Part shown: positions 1 through 10,400 of the stretch, piece after piece
Position numbering within the stretch: position 1 is the first letter of the stretch
How the letters are laid out: every line of letters begins with the position of its first letter
Source of the DNA: Rebecca billardiae RCC1528
Lineage: Eukaryota; Protista; Haptophyta
Direction: 5' to 3'
Length of the DNA: 64,000 bases
Assembly (NCBI GenBank): GCA_965240325.2
Contig: OZ251233.1
Coordinates: forward strand, 1,054,001 to 1,118,000
Made by a program: the position numbers and the translations under genes
Notes under the pieces: generated by a model
What the model was told of the DNA's origin: nothing
The model's input: the letters and a program-made list of their open reading frames with translations, nothing else
Databases searched by the model: none

Positions 1-216
1 CCCGACCGCGACGAGCGGCGCGACGCCGAGCAGCCGGCACAGCGTCGCGACGTACAGCGGCTGCAGCACGAACTGCGAGACCGCCGGCAGCAGCGGCGCG
101 GCGAGCGGCACCTGGCGGAAATTGCGCACCTTGGTCGCGCAGCCGACGGCGAAGGAGATGAAGATGTTGACGAAGACGATGATCGTCTGCTCGGCCCACG
201 CGGGCACCGACACCAT
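1..216 (-). CDS. SLC10 / bile acid:sodium symporter family membrane protein, N-terminal part (runs off window start)
   Basis: Manual translation from ATG at 216 gives MVSVPAWAEQTIIVFVNIFISFAVGCATKVRNFRQVPLAAPLLPAVSQFVLQPLYVATLCRLLGVAPLVAVG. It has hydrophobic helices and the SBF-like G...F...QFVLxPL...AVG pattern. It is absent from the ORF track because it is truncated. Confidence 0.7.
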   Translation of the reverse strand, partial: MVSVPAWAEQTIIVFVNIFISFAVGCATKVRNFRQVPLAAPLLPAVSQFVLQPLYVATLCRLLGVAPLVAVG

Positions 217-408
217 CGGCCGCGGCGGCGGCCGCCGCGGCGGCGGGGCGCGGCGCGGGGTGCGTGTGGGCAGGCCCGCCCGAGGCGCCCCCCCCCCCCA
301 AAAGATGGGCCTGCTTGACGCGTCACAATCTTCTGCTCGTCACGAGCTACCCGCGCGGGTGCAAACTTGCACAGCACGCGGTATTTTGGCGTCGCCGCAA
401 CCGCCAGC

Positions 409-1533
409 ATGGCGACGGCCCCGGGCGACGACGAGGAGCTCACGGTGCTGGCGCGCGAGGCGGAGCAGGCGCTCGTGCTCGTGCGGCACACGCGGACGGG
501 CGAGACCGAGTGGCGCTTCGCCGCGCCGCCCGACCCGGCGCCGCGCGCCGCGCGCCGCGCGAAGGCGGGCGGCGGCGGCGCGAAGCGCGGCGGCGGCGCC
601 GCCGCTGCGGAGCCGGCGCGCGCCGCCGGCGCCGAGGCGGTCGCGGCGCTCGAGCTGATGCGGCGCATGTGGCACGCGAGCGGGCGCCCCACCACGTGGT
701 GGTACTGGCTCGCCGACGAGTCGCAGGCCGCGATCGGCGCGCAGCTCGCCGCGCGCGACTATGCGATCGTCGACGACTTTGTCGGCGGCGCGCTGTGCGC
801 GCAGCTGCGCGCGGAGCTGCGCGGCGTGCGCGCGGCGGGGCTGATGCGCGCGGGCGCGCTGGCGGGCGGGCGGGCGGGCTCGAGCAAGACGTACGAGCTC
901 GCGCCCGTCCGCGGCGACGAGGTCGGCTGGTTCTCCGGCGACGAGGCGTCGCTGTTCGACGCGCTGCCGCAGTACCTCAAGCGCGTCGACACGCTCGTGG
1001 GCGAGCTGCGCGACAACGCGCTGTGCGCCGACGTGGCGGGCGTGCGCGCGCGCTCGCGCGCGATGCTCACGTGCTACCCCGGCGGCGGCGCGCACTACGT
1101 GCGCCACTGCGACAACGCGTGCGACTCCGGCGCGGGCGAGCGGTGCAACGGCCGCCGGCTCACGGCGATCCTGTACCTCAACGACGGCTGGACGGCGGCC
1201 GACGGCGGCGAGCTGCGCATCTACCCGCGCGGCGACGCGCACGGCGAGGCGCCGCGCGCGGTGGTCGAGCCGCTCGCCGACCGGCTGCTCCTCTTCTTCG
1301 CCGACCACCGCTGCCCGCACGAGGTCATGCCCGCGCGCGCCGAGCGGTACGCGATCACGACGTGGTTCTTTGACGGCGACGAGCACGCGCGCGCGCGCGC
1401 GGGCGGGATGGCGGCCGACGAGGTGTCGGCCGAGGAGGCGCGGGCGATCGAGCGCGAGATCGCGCGGTTCGAGGCGAGGTACGGCGCGAAGGCCAAGATC
1501 GTCGCGGCGAGCGCGCCCGGCGGCGGCGAGTGA
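409..1533 (+). CDS. EGLN/PHD-like 2-oxoglutarate Fe(II) prolyl 4-hydroxylase
   Basis: Motifs CYPGGGAHYVRHCDN (HxD), GRRLTAILYLN, DGGELRIY, EPLADRLLLF, CPHEV (distal His) and RYAITTW (2OG-binding Arg). First ATG is at 409; the ORF-track start at 367 is TTG. Confidence 0.9.
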   Translation: MATAPGDDEELTVLAREAEQALVLVRHTRTGETEWRFAAPPDPAPRAARRAKAGGGGAKRGGGAAAAEPARAAGAEAVAALELMRRMWHASGRPTTWWYWLADESQAAIGAQLAARDYAIVDDFVGGALCAQLRAELRGVRAAGLMRAGALAGGRAGSSKTYELAPVRGDEVGWFSGDEASLFDALPQYLKRVDTLVGELRDNALCADVAGVRARSRAMLTCYPGGGAHYVRHCDNACDSGAGERCNGRRLTAILYLNDGWTAADGGELRIYPRGDAHGEAPRAVVEPLADRLLLFFADHRCPHEVMPARAERYAITTWFFDGDEHARARAGGMAADEVSAEEARAIEREIARFEARYGAKAKIVAASAPGGGE

Positions 1534-4360
1534 GTGCGGCGTCGTCGTCGTCCGATCGGAGCCTGCGGCGCGACTCTGGCGATGTTCGGATGTGCGCCAG
1601 CATAGAATCGTAGTCGTGTCATCTCGTGATCGGCAGCGCTTCGCGTCGATGATGATTGACAGATGATGATGTACTGTAGTTATTATTACAGCACTGTGCG
1701 GAGCGGAGCACTCCTCAGGACTAGTACTCTAATAATGCGAGTCAGCAGACGACGAGTGTCACAGTGTCGAGTGTCTGTTCTAGGACGACTTTCGGCTCCA
1801 GCTGACAGCTCCGCGCCGCGGTCCGTGGGGCCTGGGGGGCCGGTTCGGTATCAGCTGCTAGGCCTGCATCGTGCACATCGGCATCACTACGGACTATACA
1901 TATTATTGATATATATATATATAATTATGATGACTATCTATAGCTTATAACAATTATTCACCATCAGCAGCCTGCTGATGACGTCGAAATCAGGCCAGGG
2001 CTCGTTAGCCAGCACGTGGCGGACTGAGGCACGCTCAACATACCGTTGAGTCCCCCACACTAGGTCTAGTAGTGTCTGACGAGGACGACAGAGGCGGCAG
2101 CGTCGCAGGCCCGACGAAGCTCGTCGCAGTGACGACATCAGCAGCCGCGGGGCCCGCCGCCCAATTCCCCCCGCAGCCGCCCACGCGAGCTTATCCATGA
2201 GGCCGAGCATGGCACCGCAGCTGTCACCGCGGCCGTTCCTGCGCGCACCGAATGGCCCTCAGCCGAACCTGCCGCGCCGGCCAGAACCTGCCGCTACTGG
2301 TAGCGGCACGGTCTGTCGGTCTGCCGTCCAAACCGAGTGCCAGGACCAGTGTCCACCCAGTCTCGGGCTTCAGTAGCCCTCGCACGAGTCACGGCTGACG
2401 GCTCACGTCTCGCGCCACAGGGTGGCCCAGGACTGACCATCCCGCTCAGGCAGCATCGAGCATAGCGCACGTCTCAGCTGATGGCATCCTGAACTGCTGA
2501 CATGGTCTTGTCCTTCCCCGTTCAATCGGCGTGACGACGGGCGGTGCCTGAGGATGCGCGCGGCGTACTCCGGCAGCAGTGACGAGTGGCACCGCGCGTG
2601 TCGAACCGACGAGCTGGCGGCATCGGTTGGATGGTGATGATCGGATGACGAAGGGCAGACGCCTTCCCCGCGCGCCGCTGACCGCTCCGGATGCCGTCTC
2701 CGTCGCCTTCTAAATAATCAAATGCCGTCTTCCGCGGCCTTCAAAGGGCGCTGCCGGGGCGCAAAGGCAAACGCGCAAGGGCGCGGCCGGAGACGTCGGG
2801 ATGCCGAGAGCGCGTGACGAAGCGCCGGCGGCGTAGCGCGAGGCAACGCGGCGATGTGGCGCCTGGGCCGCGCGAGGCAGGCTGGTTCGCGGCGCAGCGT
2901 GCCCGGCGCCTCGGCAAACGGTCGCTCACCGTTGACTTTGTCACTCTGACGATGCCGGTGGTGCCGGCGCGCGCGCGCGCGCACGCACCTCGCGCCCGCG
3001 CGCTCGCCGGTCACGCTTGGCTGGGCGCGCGAGCAGGGCTCGCGCCTCGCGCTCGCATGCGCGCCGGCTACGCCGGGTTGTGAGCGCAAGCGCGCGCCAC
3101 GGGGAGCGCGGCGCGCGCGACGATCGCGCGTCGGCTCACGGTCTGCCCGTCCGGGTTTGGAAGGTGCCGCGGTCTGGAGACTCGCCGACGAAACCTGATG
3201 TGCCCTCGGCTGCCGTCGTTCCGCTCGGCGCGCGCAGCCCATCCGGGGTGGACCTCGACGGCCAGGGTGTGGAGCGCTGGGTTGGGCGCGGACCCACCGA
3301 CCTCTGCGCGCAGTGCGCGGCGCGTCTGCACGATTGCCGTCCCTGCGCGGGGGCGTGGACGTTGCGAGCTGCATGCGCCAGTTACGCGCGGCGAGGGCGG
3401 CGTGGGCGGAGGGATGCCGGCCGGCGGGAGCTATTCATGGGCCGTCTCGGTCCGCCAGAACATGATGAGCAGCCGTTGGCAGACCTTTGGTCGTAACTGG
3501 ACTGCTCAAGCGTGCGCACCGGCTGCCCACTGCCCACTGCGCACCCCGTCCCCTGCGGCCCGCGAGCAGGTCAGCACTCACTCAGCCCAACGCTGCGGGT
3601 GCGCACCACCGCCCCCGAAGAGGCTCGCCCCAGGGGTCCCCTCGATGTGCTCGGAGTGCTCTCTCTCGCGGTAACTCCTAGCGCGTGGCACGCGCCTCGA
3701 CTGGTTGAGAGGCGCAGTGCGCGAGCCGGCGCGACCTTGCCGATGTCCGGATGCCGTGATCGACGCGCGGACACGCTGTGACGCTGACACCGTGCGACGC
3801 GCAGATGCCGCACCGCCGGGCTGCGTGGTTGTCGGCGCGGTAGGATGTGCGCTGGCGCGACCGTGGGCCGCACGTGGTGCCGCCGCCGCGCGCGCGGCCC
3901 GCGTCCCGTGCCCGCGCCCGCTCGCGCGTGGTGCCGCGCGCGGGACCCTACTGCGGCGTGGTGCCGCCCGGCGGGCGCCCGGTGGCGGTGCGGGCGGCGC
4001 GCGCCAGCCCGCGCGTGGTGCCTACCGCCCGGTGCGGCCCGCCCGCCGCCCCGGCGGCCCACACGTCTGCCCCGGCTCGATGGCCCGTGCTCGCTGCGCG
4101 CGGTGCCACGCGCGCCCGGCGGCTCGCGCGTCGTGTTGGAGGGTGGCCCGCTCGGCCCGGCGGCTCACGCGTGTCGCAGTGCCCCGGCCCCCCGGCGTAT
4201 CGCTCGCGGTGCCGGCGGCTGGGCTGGCGGGCACCGCGCAACTGGTGCGGCGCGGCGCGGCGCGGCGCGCGATCCGGCGTAGCTGGCGCGGCGCGCGCGC
4301 GCGATCGCGCGCGCGATCCGGCGTAGCTGGGGCGCGGCGCTGCGCGCGCGCCCCGCGAAC

Positions 4361-4386
4361 AAAAAATAAGTCACAGCACAACAAAA
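4361..4386 (-). terminator. Pol III terminator T-runs downstream of the tRNA
   Basis: T4 (4383-4386) and T6 (4361-4366) on the minus strand lie 30-55 nt after the tRNA 3' end, in otherwise extremely GC-rich DNA. Confidence 0.65.
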
Positions 4387-4414
4387 GTCACAGCACAATC
4401 AAGGGCGAGCGCAT

Positions 4415-4487
4415 AACGCCGAGAGGGATTCGAACCCCCAATCTTCCACTCCGGGGGCGGACGCCTTGTCCATTAGGCCACCGGCGC
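4415..4487 (-). tRNA. tRNA-Arg(CCG), with atypical C33 and U73
   Basis: Minus strand reads GCGCCGG TG GCCT AATGGACA AGGC G TCCGC CCCCGGA GTGGA AGATT GGGGG TTCGAAT CCCTC TCGGCGT T. All four stems pair, with an A box (TGGCCTAATGG) and a B box (GGTTCGAATCC). Confidence 0.9.
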
Positions 4488-7400
4488 CTTCCACACCAAC
4501 GCACGAGCAAGCAGACAAAGACACAATCCGATGCTGGTCGGCAGGTGGACAAAGAGGCGGGCGAGGCGCGCGCGCGCTCGGCGGCGGCGGCCGGCGGCGC
4601 GGCATCGGTCACCAGTCAGCGGGGCGTCGGCTCGGTCACACCTCCCAACGGGCGGAGCGCGCTGGCGTGGCGGGGGCGCGCCTCGTCCATAGGCCACCGG
4701 CGCCTTCCACACCAACGCACGAGCAAGCAGACAAAGACACAATCCGATGCTGGTCGGCAGGTGGACAAAGAGGCGGGCGAGGCGCGCGCGCGCTCGGCGG
4801 CGGCGGCCGGCGGCGCGGCATCGGTCACCAGTCAGCGGGGCGTCGGCTCGCTCGCACCTGTAGCTCACGGGCGGGCGCTGGCGTGGCGGGGGCGCGCCTC
4901 GTCCATAGGCCACCGGCGCCTTACCACCACAACGCACGAGCAAGCAGACAAAGACACAATCCGATGCTGGTCGGCAGGTGGACAAAGAGGCGGGCGAGGC
5001 GCGCGCGCGCTCGGCGGCGGCGGCCGGCGGCGCGGCATCGGTCACCAGTCAGCGGGGCGTCGGCTCGGTCACACCTCCCAACGGGCGGAGCGCGCTGGCG
5101 TGGCGGGGGCGCGCCTCGTCCATAGGCCACCGGCGCCTTCCACCACAACGCACGAGCAAGCAGACAAAGACACAATCCGATGCTGGTCGGCAGGTGGACA
5201 AAGAGGCGGGCGAGGCGCGCGCGCGCTCGGCGGCGGCGGCCGGCGGCGCGGCATCGGTCACCAGTCAGCGGGGCGTCGGCTCGGTCACACCTCCCAACGG
5301 GCGGAGCGCGCTGGCGTGGCGGGGGCGCGCCTCGTCCATAGGCCACCGGCGCCTTCCACACCAACGCACGAGCAAGCAGACAAAGACACAATCCGATGCT
5401 GGTCGGCAGGTGGACAAAGAGGCGGGCGAGGCGCGCGCGCGCTCGGCGGCGGCGGCCGGCGGCGCGGCATCGGTCACCAGTCAGCGGGGCGTCGGCTCGG
5501 TCACACCTCCCAACGGGCGGAGCGCGCTGGCGTGGCGGGGGCGCGCCTCGTCCATAGGCCACCGGCGCCTTCCACACCAACGCACGAGCAAGCAGACAAA
5601 GACACAATCCGATGCTGGTCGGCAGGTGGACAAAGAGGCGGGCGAGGCGCGCGCGCGCTCGGCGGCGGCGGCCGGCGGCGCGGCATCGGTCACCAGTCAG
5701 CGGGGCGTCGGCTCGGTCACACCTCCCAACGGGCGGAGCGCGCTGGCGTGGCGGGGGCGCGCCTCGTCCATAGGCCACCGGCGCCTTCCACACCAACGCA
5801 CGAGCAAGCAGACAAAGACACAATCCGATGCTGGTCGGCAGGTGGACAAAGAGGCGGGCGAGGCGCGCGCGCGCTCGGCGGCGGCGGCCGGCGGCGCGGC
5901 ATCGGTCACCAGTCAGCGGGGCGTCGGCTCGGTCACACCTCCCAACGGGCGGAGCGCGCTGGCGTGGCGGGGGCGCGCCTCGTCCATAGGCCACCGGCGC
6001 CTTCCACACCAACGCACGAGCAAGCAGACAAAGACACAATCCGATGCTGGTCGGCAGGTGGACAAAGAGGCGGGCGAGGCGCGCGCGCGCTCGGCGGCGG
6101 CGGCCGGCGGCGCGGCATCGGTCACCAGTCAGCGGGGCGTCGGCTCGGTCACACCTCCCAACGGGCGGAGCGCGCTGGCGTGGCGGGGGCGCGCCTCGTC
6201 CATAGGCCACCGGCGCCTTCCACACCAACGCACGAGCAAGCAGACAAAGACACAATCCGATGCTGGTCGGCAGGTGGACAAAGAGGCGGGCGAGGCGCGC
6301 GCGCGCTCGGCGGCGGCGGCCGGCGGCGCGGCATCGGTCACCAGTCAGCGGGGCGTCGGCTCGGTCACACCTCCCAACGGGCGGAGCGCGCTGGCGTGGC
6401 GGGGGCGCGCCTCGTCCATAGGCCACCGGCGCCTTCCACACCAACGCACGAGCAAGCAGACAAAGACACAATCCGATGCTGGTCGGCAGGTGGACAAAGA
6501 GGCGGGCGAGGCGCGCGCGCGCTCGGCGGCGGCGGCCGGCGGCGCGGCATCGGTCACCAGTCAGCGGGGCGTCGGCTCGGTCACACCTCCCAACGGGCGG
6601 AGCGCGCTGGCGTGGCGGGGGCGCGCCTCGTCCATAGGCCACCGGCGCCTTCCACACCAACGCACGAGCAAGCAGACAAAGACACAATCCGATGCTGGTC
6701 GGCAGGTGGACAAAGAGGCGGGCGAGGCGCGCGCGCGCTCGGCGGCGGCGGCCGGCGGCGCGGCATCGGTCACCAGTCAGCGGGGCGTCGGCTCGGTCAC
6801 ACCTCCCAACGGGCGGAGCGCGCTGGCGTGGCGGGGGCGCGCCTCGTCCATAGGCCACCGGCGCCTTCCACCACCAACGCACGAGCAAGCAGACAAAGAC
6901 ACAATCCGATGCTGGTCGGCAGGTGGACAAAGAGGCGGGCGAGGCGCGCGCGCGCTCGGCGGCGGCGGCCGGCGGCGCGGCATCGGTCACCAGTCAGCGG
7001 GGCGTCGGCTCGGTCACACCTCCCAACGGGCGGAGCGCGCTGGCGTGGCGGGGGCGCGCCTCGTCCATAGGCCACCGGCGCCTTCCACACCAACGCACGA
7101 GCAAGCAGACAAAGACACAATCCGATGCTGGTCGGCAGGTGGACAAAGAGGCGGGCGAGGCGCGCGCGCGCTCGGCGGCGGCGGCCGGCGGCGCGGCATC
7201 GGTCACCAGTCAGCGGGGCGTCGGCTCGGTCACACCTCCCAACGGGCGGAGCGCGCTGGCGTGGCGGGGGCGCGCCTCGTCCATAGGCCACCGGCGCCTT
7301 CCACACCAACGCACGAGCAAGCAGACAAAGACACAATCCGATGCTGGTCGGCAGGTGGACAAAGAGGCGGGCGAGGCGCGCGCGCGCTCGGCGGCGGCGG

Positions 7401-10400
7401 CCGGCGGCGCGGCATCGGTCACCAGTCAGCGGGGCGTCGGCTCGGTCACACCTCCCAACGGGCGGAGCGCGCTGGCGTGGCGGGGGCGCGCCTCGTCCAT
7501 AGGCCACCGGCGCCTTCCACACCAACGCACGAGCAAGCAGACAAAGACACAATCCGATGCTGGTCGGCAGGTGGACAAAGAGGCGGGCGAGGCGCGCGCG
7601 CGCTCGGCGGCGGCGGCCGGCGGCGCGGCATCGGTCACCAGTCAGCGGGGCGTCGGCTCGGTCACACCTCCCAACGGGCGGAGCGCGCTGGCGTGGCGGG
7701 GGCGCGCCTCGTCCATAGGCCACCGGCGCCTTCCACACCAACGCACGAGCAAGCAGACAAAGACACAATCCGATGCTGGTCGGCAGGTGGACAAAGAGGC
7801 GGGCGAGGCGCGCGCGCGCTCGGCGGCGGCGGCCGGCGGCGCGGCATCGGTCACCAGTCAGCGGGGCGTCGGCTCGGTCACACCTCCCAACGGGCGGAGC
7901 GCGCTGGCGTGGCGGGGGCGCGCCTCGTCCATAGGCCACCGGCGCCTTCCACACCAACGCACGAGCAAGCAGACAAAGACACAATCCGATGCTGGTCGGC
8001 AGGTGGACAAAGAGGCGGGCGAGGCGCGCGCGCGCTCGGCGGCGGCGGCCGGCGGCGCGGCATCGGTCACCAGTCAGCGGGGCGTCGGCTCGCTCGCACC
8101 TGTAGCTCACGGGCGGGCGCTGGCGTGGCGGGGGCGCGCCTCGTCCATAGGCCACCGGCGCCTTACCACCACAACGCACGAGCAAGCAGACAAAGACACA
8201 ATCCGATGCTGGTCGGCAGGTGGACAAAGAGGCGGGCGAGGCGCGCGCGCGCTCGGCGGCGGCGGCCGGCGGCGCGGCATCGGTCACCAGTCAGCGGGGC
8301 GTCGGCTCGGTCACACCTCCCAACGGGCGGAGCGCGCTGGCGTGGCGGGGGCGCGCCTCGTCCATAGGCCACCGGCGCCTTCCACCACAACGCACGAGCA
8401 AGCAGACAAAGACACAATCCGATGCTGGTCGGCAGGTGGACAAAGAGGCGGGCGAGGCGCGCGCGCGCTCGGCGGCGGCGGCCGGCGGCGCGGCATCGGT
8501 CACCAGTCAGCGGGGCGTCGGCTCGGTCACACCTCCCAACGGGCGGAGCGCGCTGGCGTGGCGGGGGCGCGCCTCGTCCATAGGCCACCGGCGCCTTCCA
8601 CACCAACGCACGAGCAAGCAGACAAAGACACAATCCGATGCTGGTCGGCAGGTGGACAAAGAGGCGGGCGAGGCGCGCGCGCGCTCGGCGGCGGCGGCCG
8701 GCGGCGCGGCATCGGTCACCAGTCAGCGGGGCGTCGGCTCGGTCACACCTCCCAACGGGCGGAGCGCGCTGGCGTGGCGGGGGCGCGCCTCGTCCATAGG
8801 CCACCGGCGCCTTCCACACCAACGCACGAGCAAGCAGACAAAGACACAATCCGATGCTGGTCGGCAGGTGGACAAAGAGGCGGGCGAGGCGCGCGCGCGC
8901 TCGGCGGCGGCGGCCGGCGGCGCGGCATCGGTCACCAGTCAGCGGGGCGTCGGCTCGGTCACACCTCCCAACGGGCGGAGCGCGCTGGCGTGGCGGGGGC
9001 GCGCCTCGTCCATAGGCCACCGGCGCCTTCCACACCAACGCACGAGCAAGCAGACAAAGACACAATCCGATGCTGGTCGGCAGGTGGACAAAGAGGCGGG
9101 CGAGGCGCGCGCGCGCTCGGCGGCGGCGGCCGGCGGCGCGGCATCGGTCACCAGTCAGCGGGGCGTCGGCTCGGTCACACCTCCCAACGGGCGGAGCGCG
9201 CTGGCGTGGCGGGGGCGCGCCTCGTCCATAGGCCACCGGCGCCTTCCACACCAACGCACGAGCAAGCAGACAAAGACACAATCCGATGCTGGTCGGCAGG
9301 TGGACAAAGAGGCGGGCGAGGCGCGCGCGCGCTCGGCGGCGGCGGCCGGCGGCGCGGCATCGGTCACCAGTCAGCGGGGCGTCGGCTCGGTCACACCTCC
9401 CAACGGGCGGAGCGCGCTGGCGTGGCGGGGGCGCGCCTCGTCCATAGGCCACCGGCGCCTTCCACACCAACGCACGAGCAAGCAGACAAAGACACAATCC
9501 GATGCTGGTCGGCAGGTGGACAAAGAGGCGGGCGAGGCGCGCGCGCGCTCGGCGGCGGCGGCCGGCGGCGCGGCATCGGTCACCAGTCAGCGGGGCGTCG
9601 GCTCGCTCGCACCTGTAGCTCACGGGCGGGCGCTGGCGTGGCGGGGGCGCGCCTCGTCCATAGGCCACCGGCGCCTTACCACCACAACGCACGAGCAAGC
9701 AGACAAAGACACAATCCGATGCTGGTCGGCAGGTGGACAAAGAGGCGGGCGAGGCGCGCGCGCGCTCGGCGGCGGCGGCCGGCGGCGCGGCATCGGTCAC
9801 CAGTCAGCGGGGCGTCGGCTCGCTCGCACCTGTAGCTCACGGGCGGGCGCTGGCGTGGCGGGGGGCGCGCCTCGTCCATAGGCCACCGGCGCCTTACCAC
9901 CACAACGCACGAGCAAGCAGACAAAGACACAATCCGATGCTGGTCGGCAGGTGGACAAAGAGGCGGGCGAGGCGCGCGCGCGCTCGGCGGCGGCGGCCGG
10001 CGGCGCGGCATCGGTCACCAGTCAGCGGGGCGTCGGCTCGGTCACACCTCCCAACGGGCGGAGCGCGCTGGCGTGGCGGGGGCGCGCCTCGTCCATAGGC
10101 CACCGGCGCCTTCCACCACAACGCACGAGCAAGCAGACAAAGACACAATCCGATGCTGGTCGGCAGGTGGACAAAGAGGCGGGCGAGGCGCGCGCGCGCT
10201 CGGCGGCGGCGGCCGGCGGCGCGGCATCGGTCACCAGTCAGCGGGGCGTCGGCTCGCTCGCACCTGTAGCTCACGGGCGGGCGCTGGCGTGGCGGGGGGC
10301 GCGCCTCGTCCATAGGCCACCGGCGCCTTACCACCACAACGCACGAGCAAGCAGACAAAGACACAATCCGATGCTGGTCGGCAGGTGGACAAAGAGGCGG

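Noticed and set aside
1540-4350. Short ORFs and possible ncRNA between the EGLN-like gene and the tRNA
   Set aside because: The translations are R/A/P-rich shadow ORFs with no recognisable domain or RNA motif.
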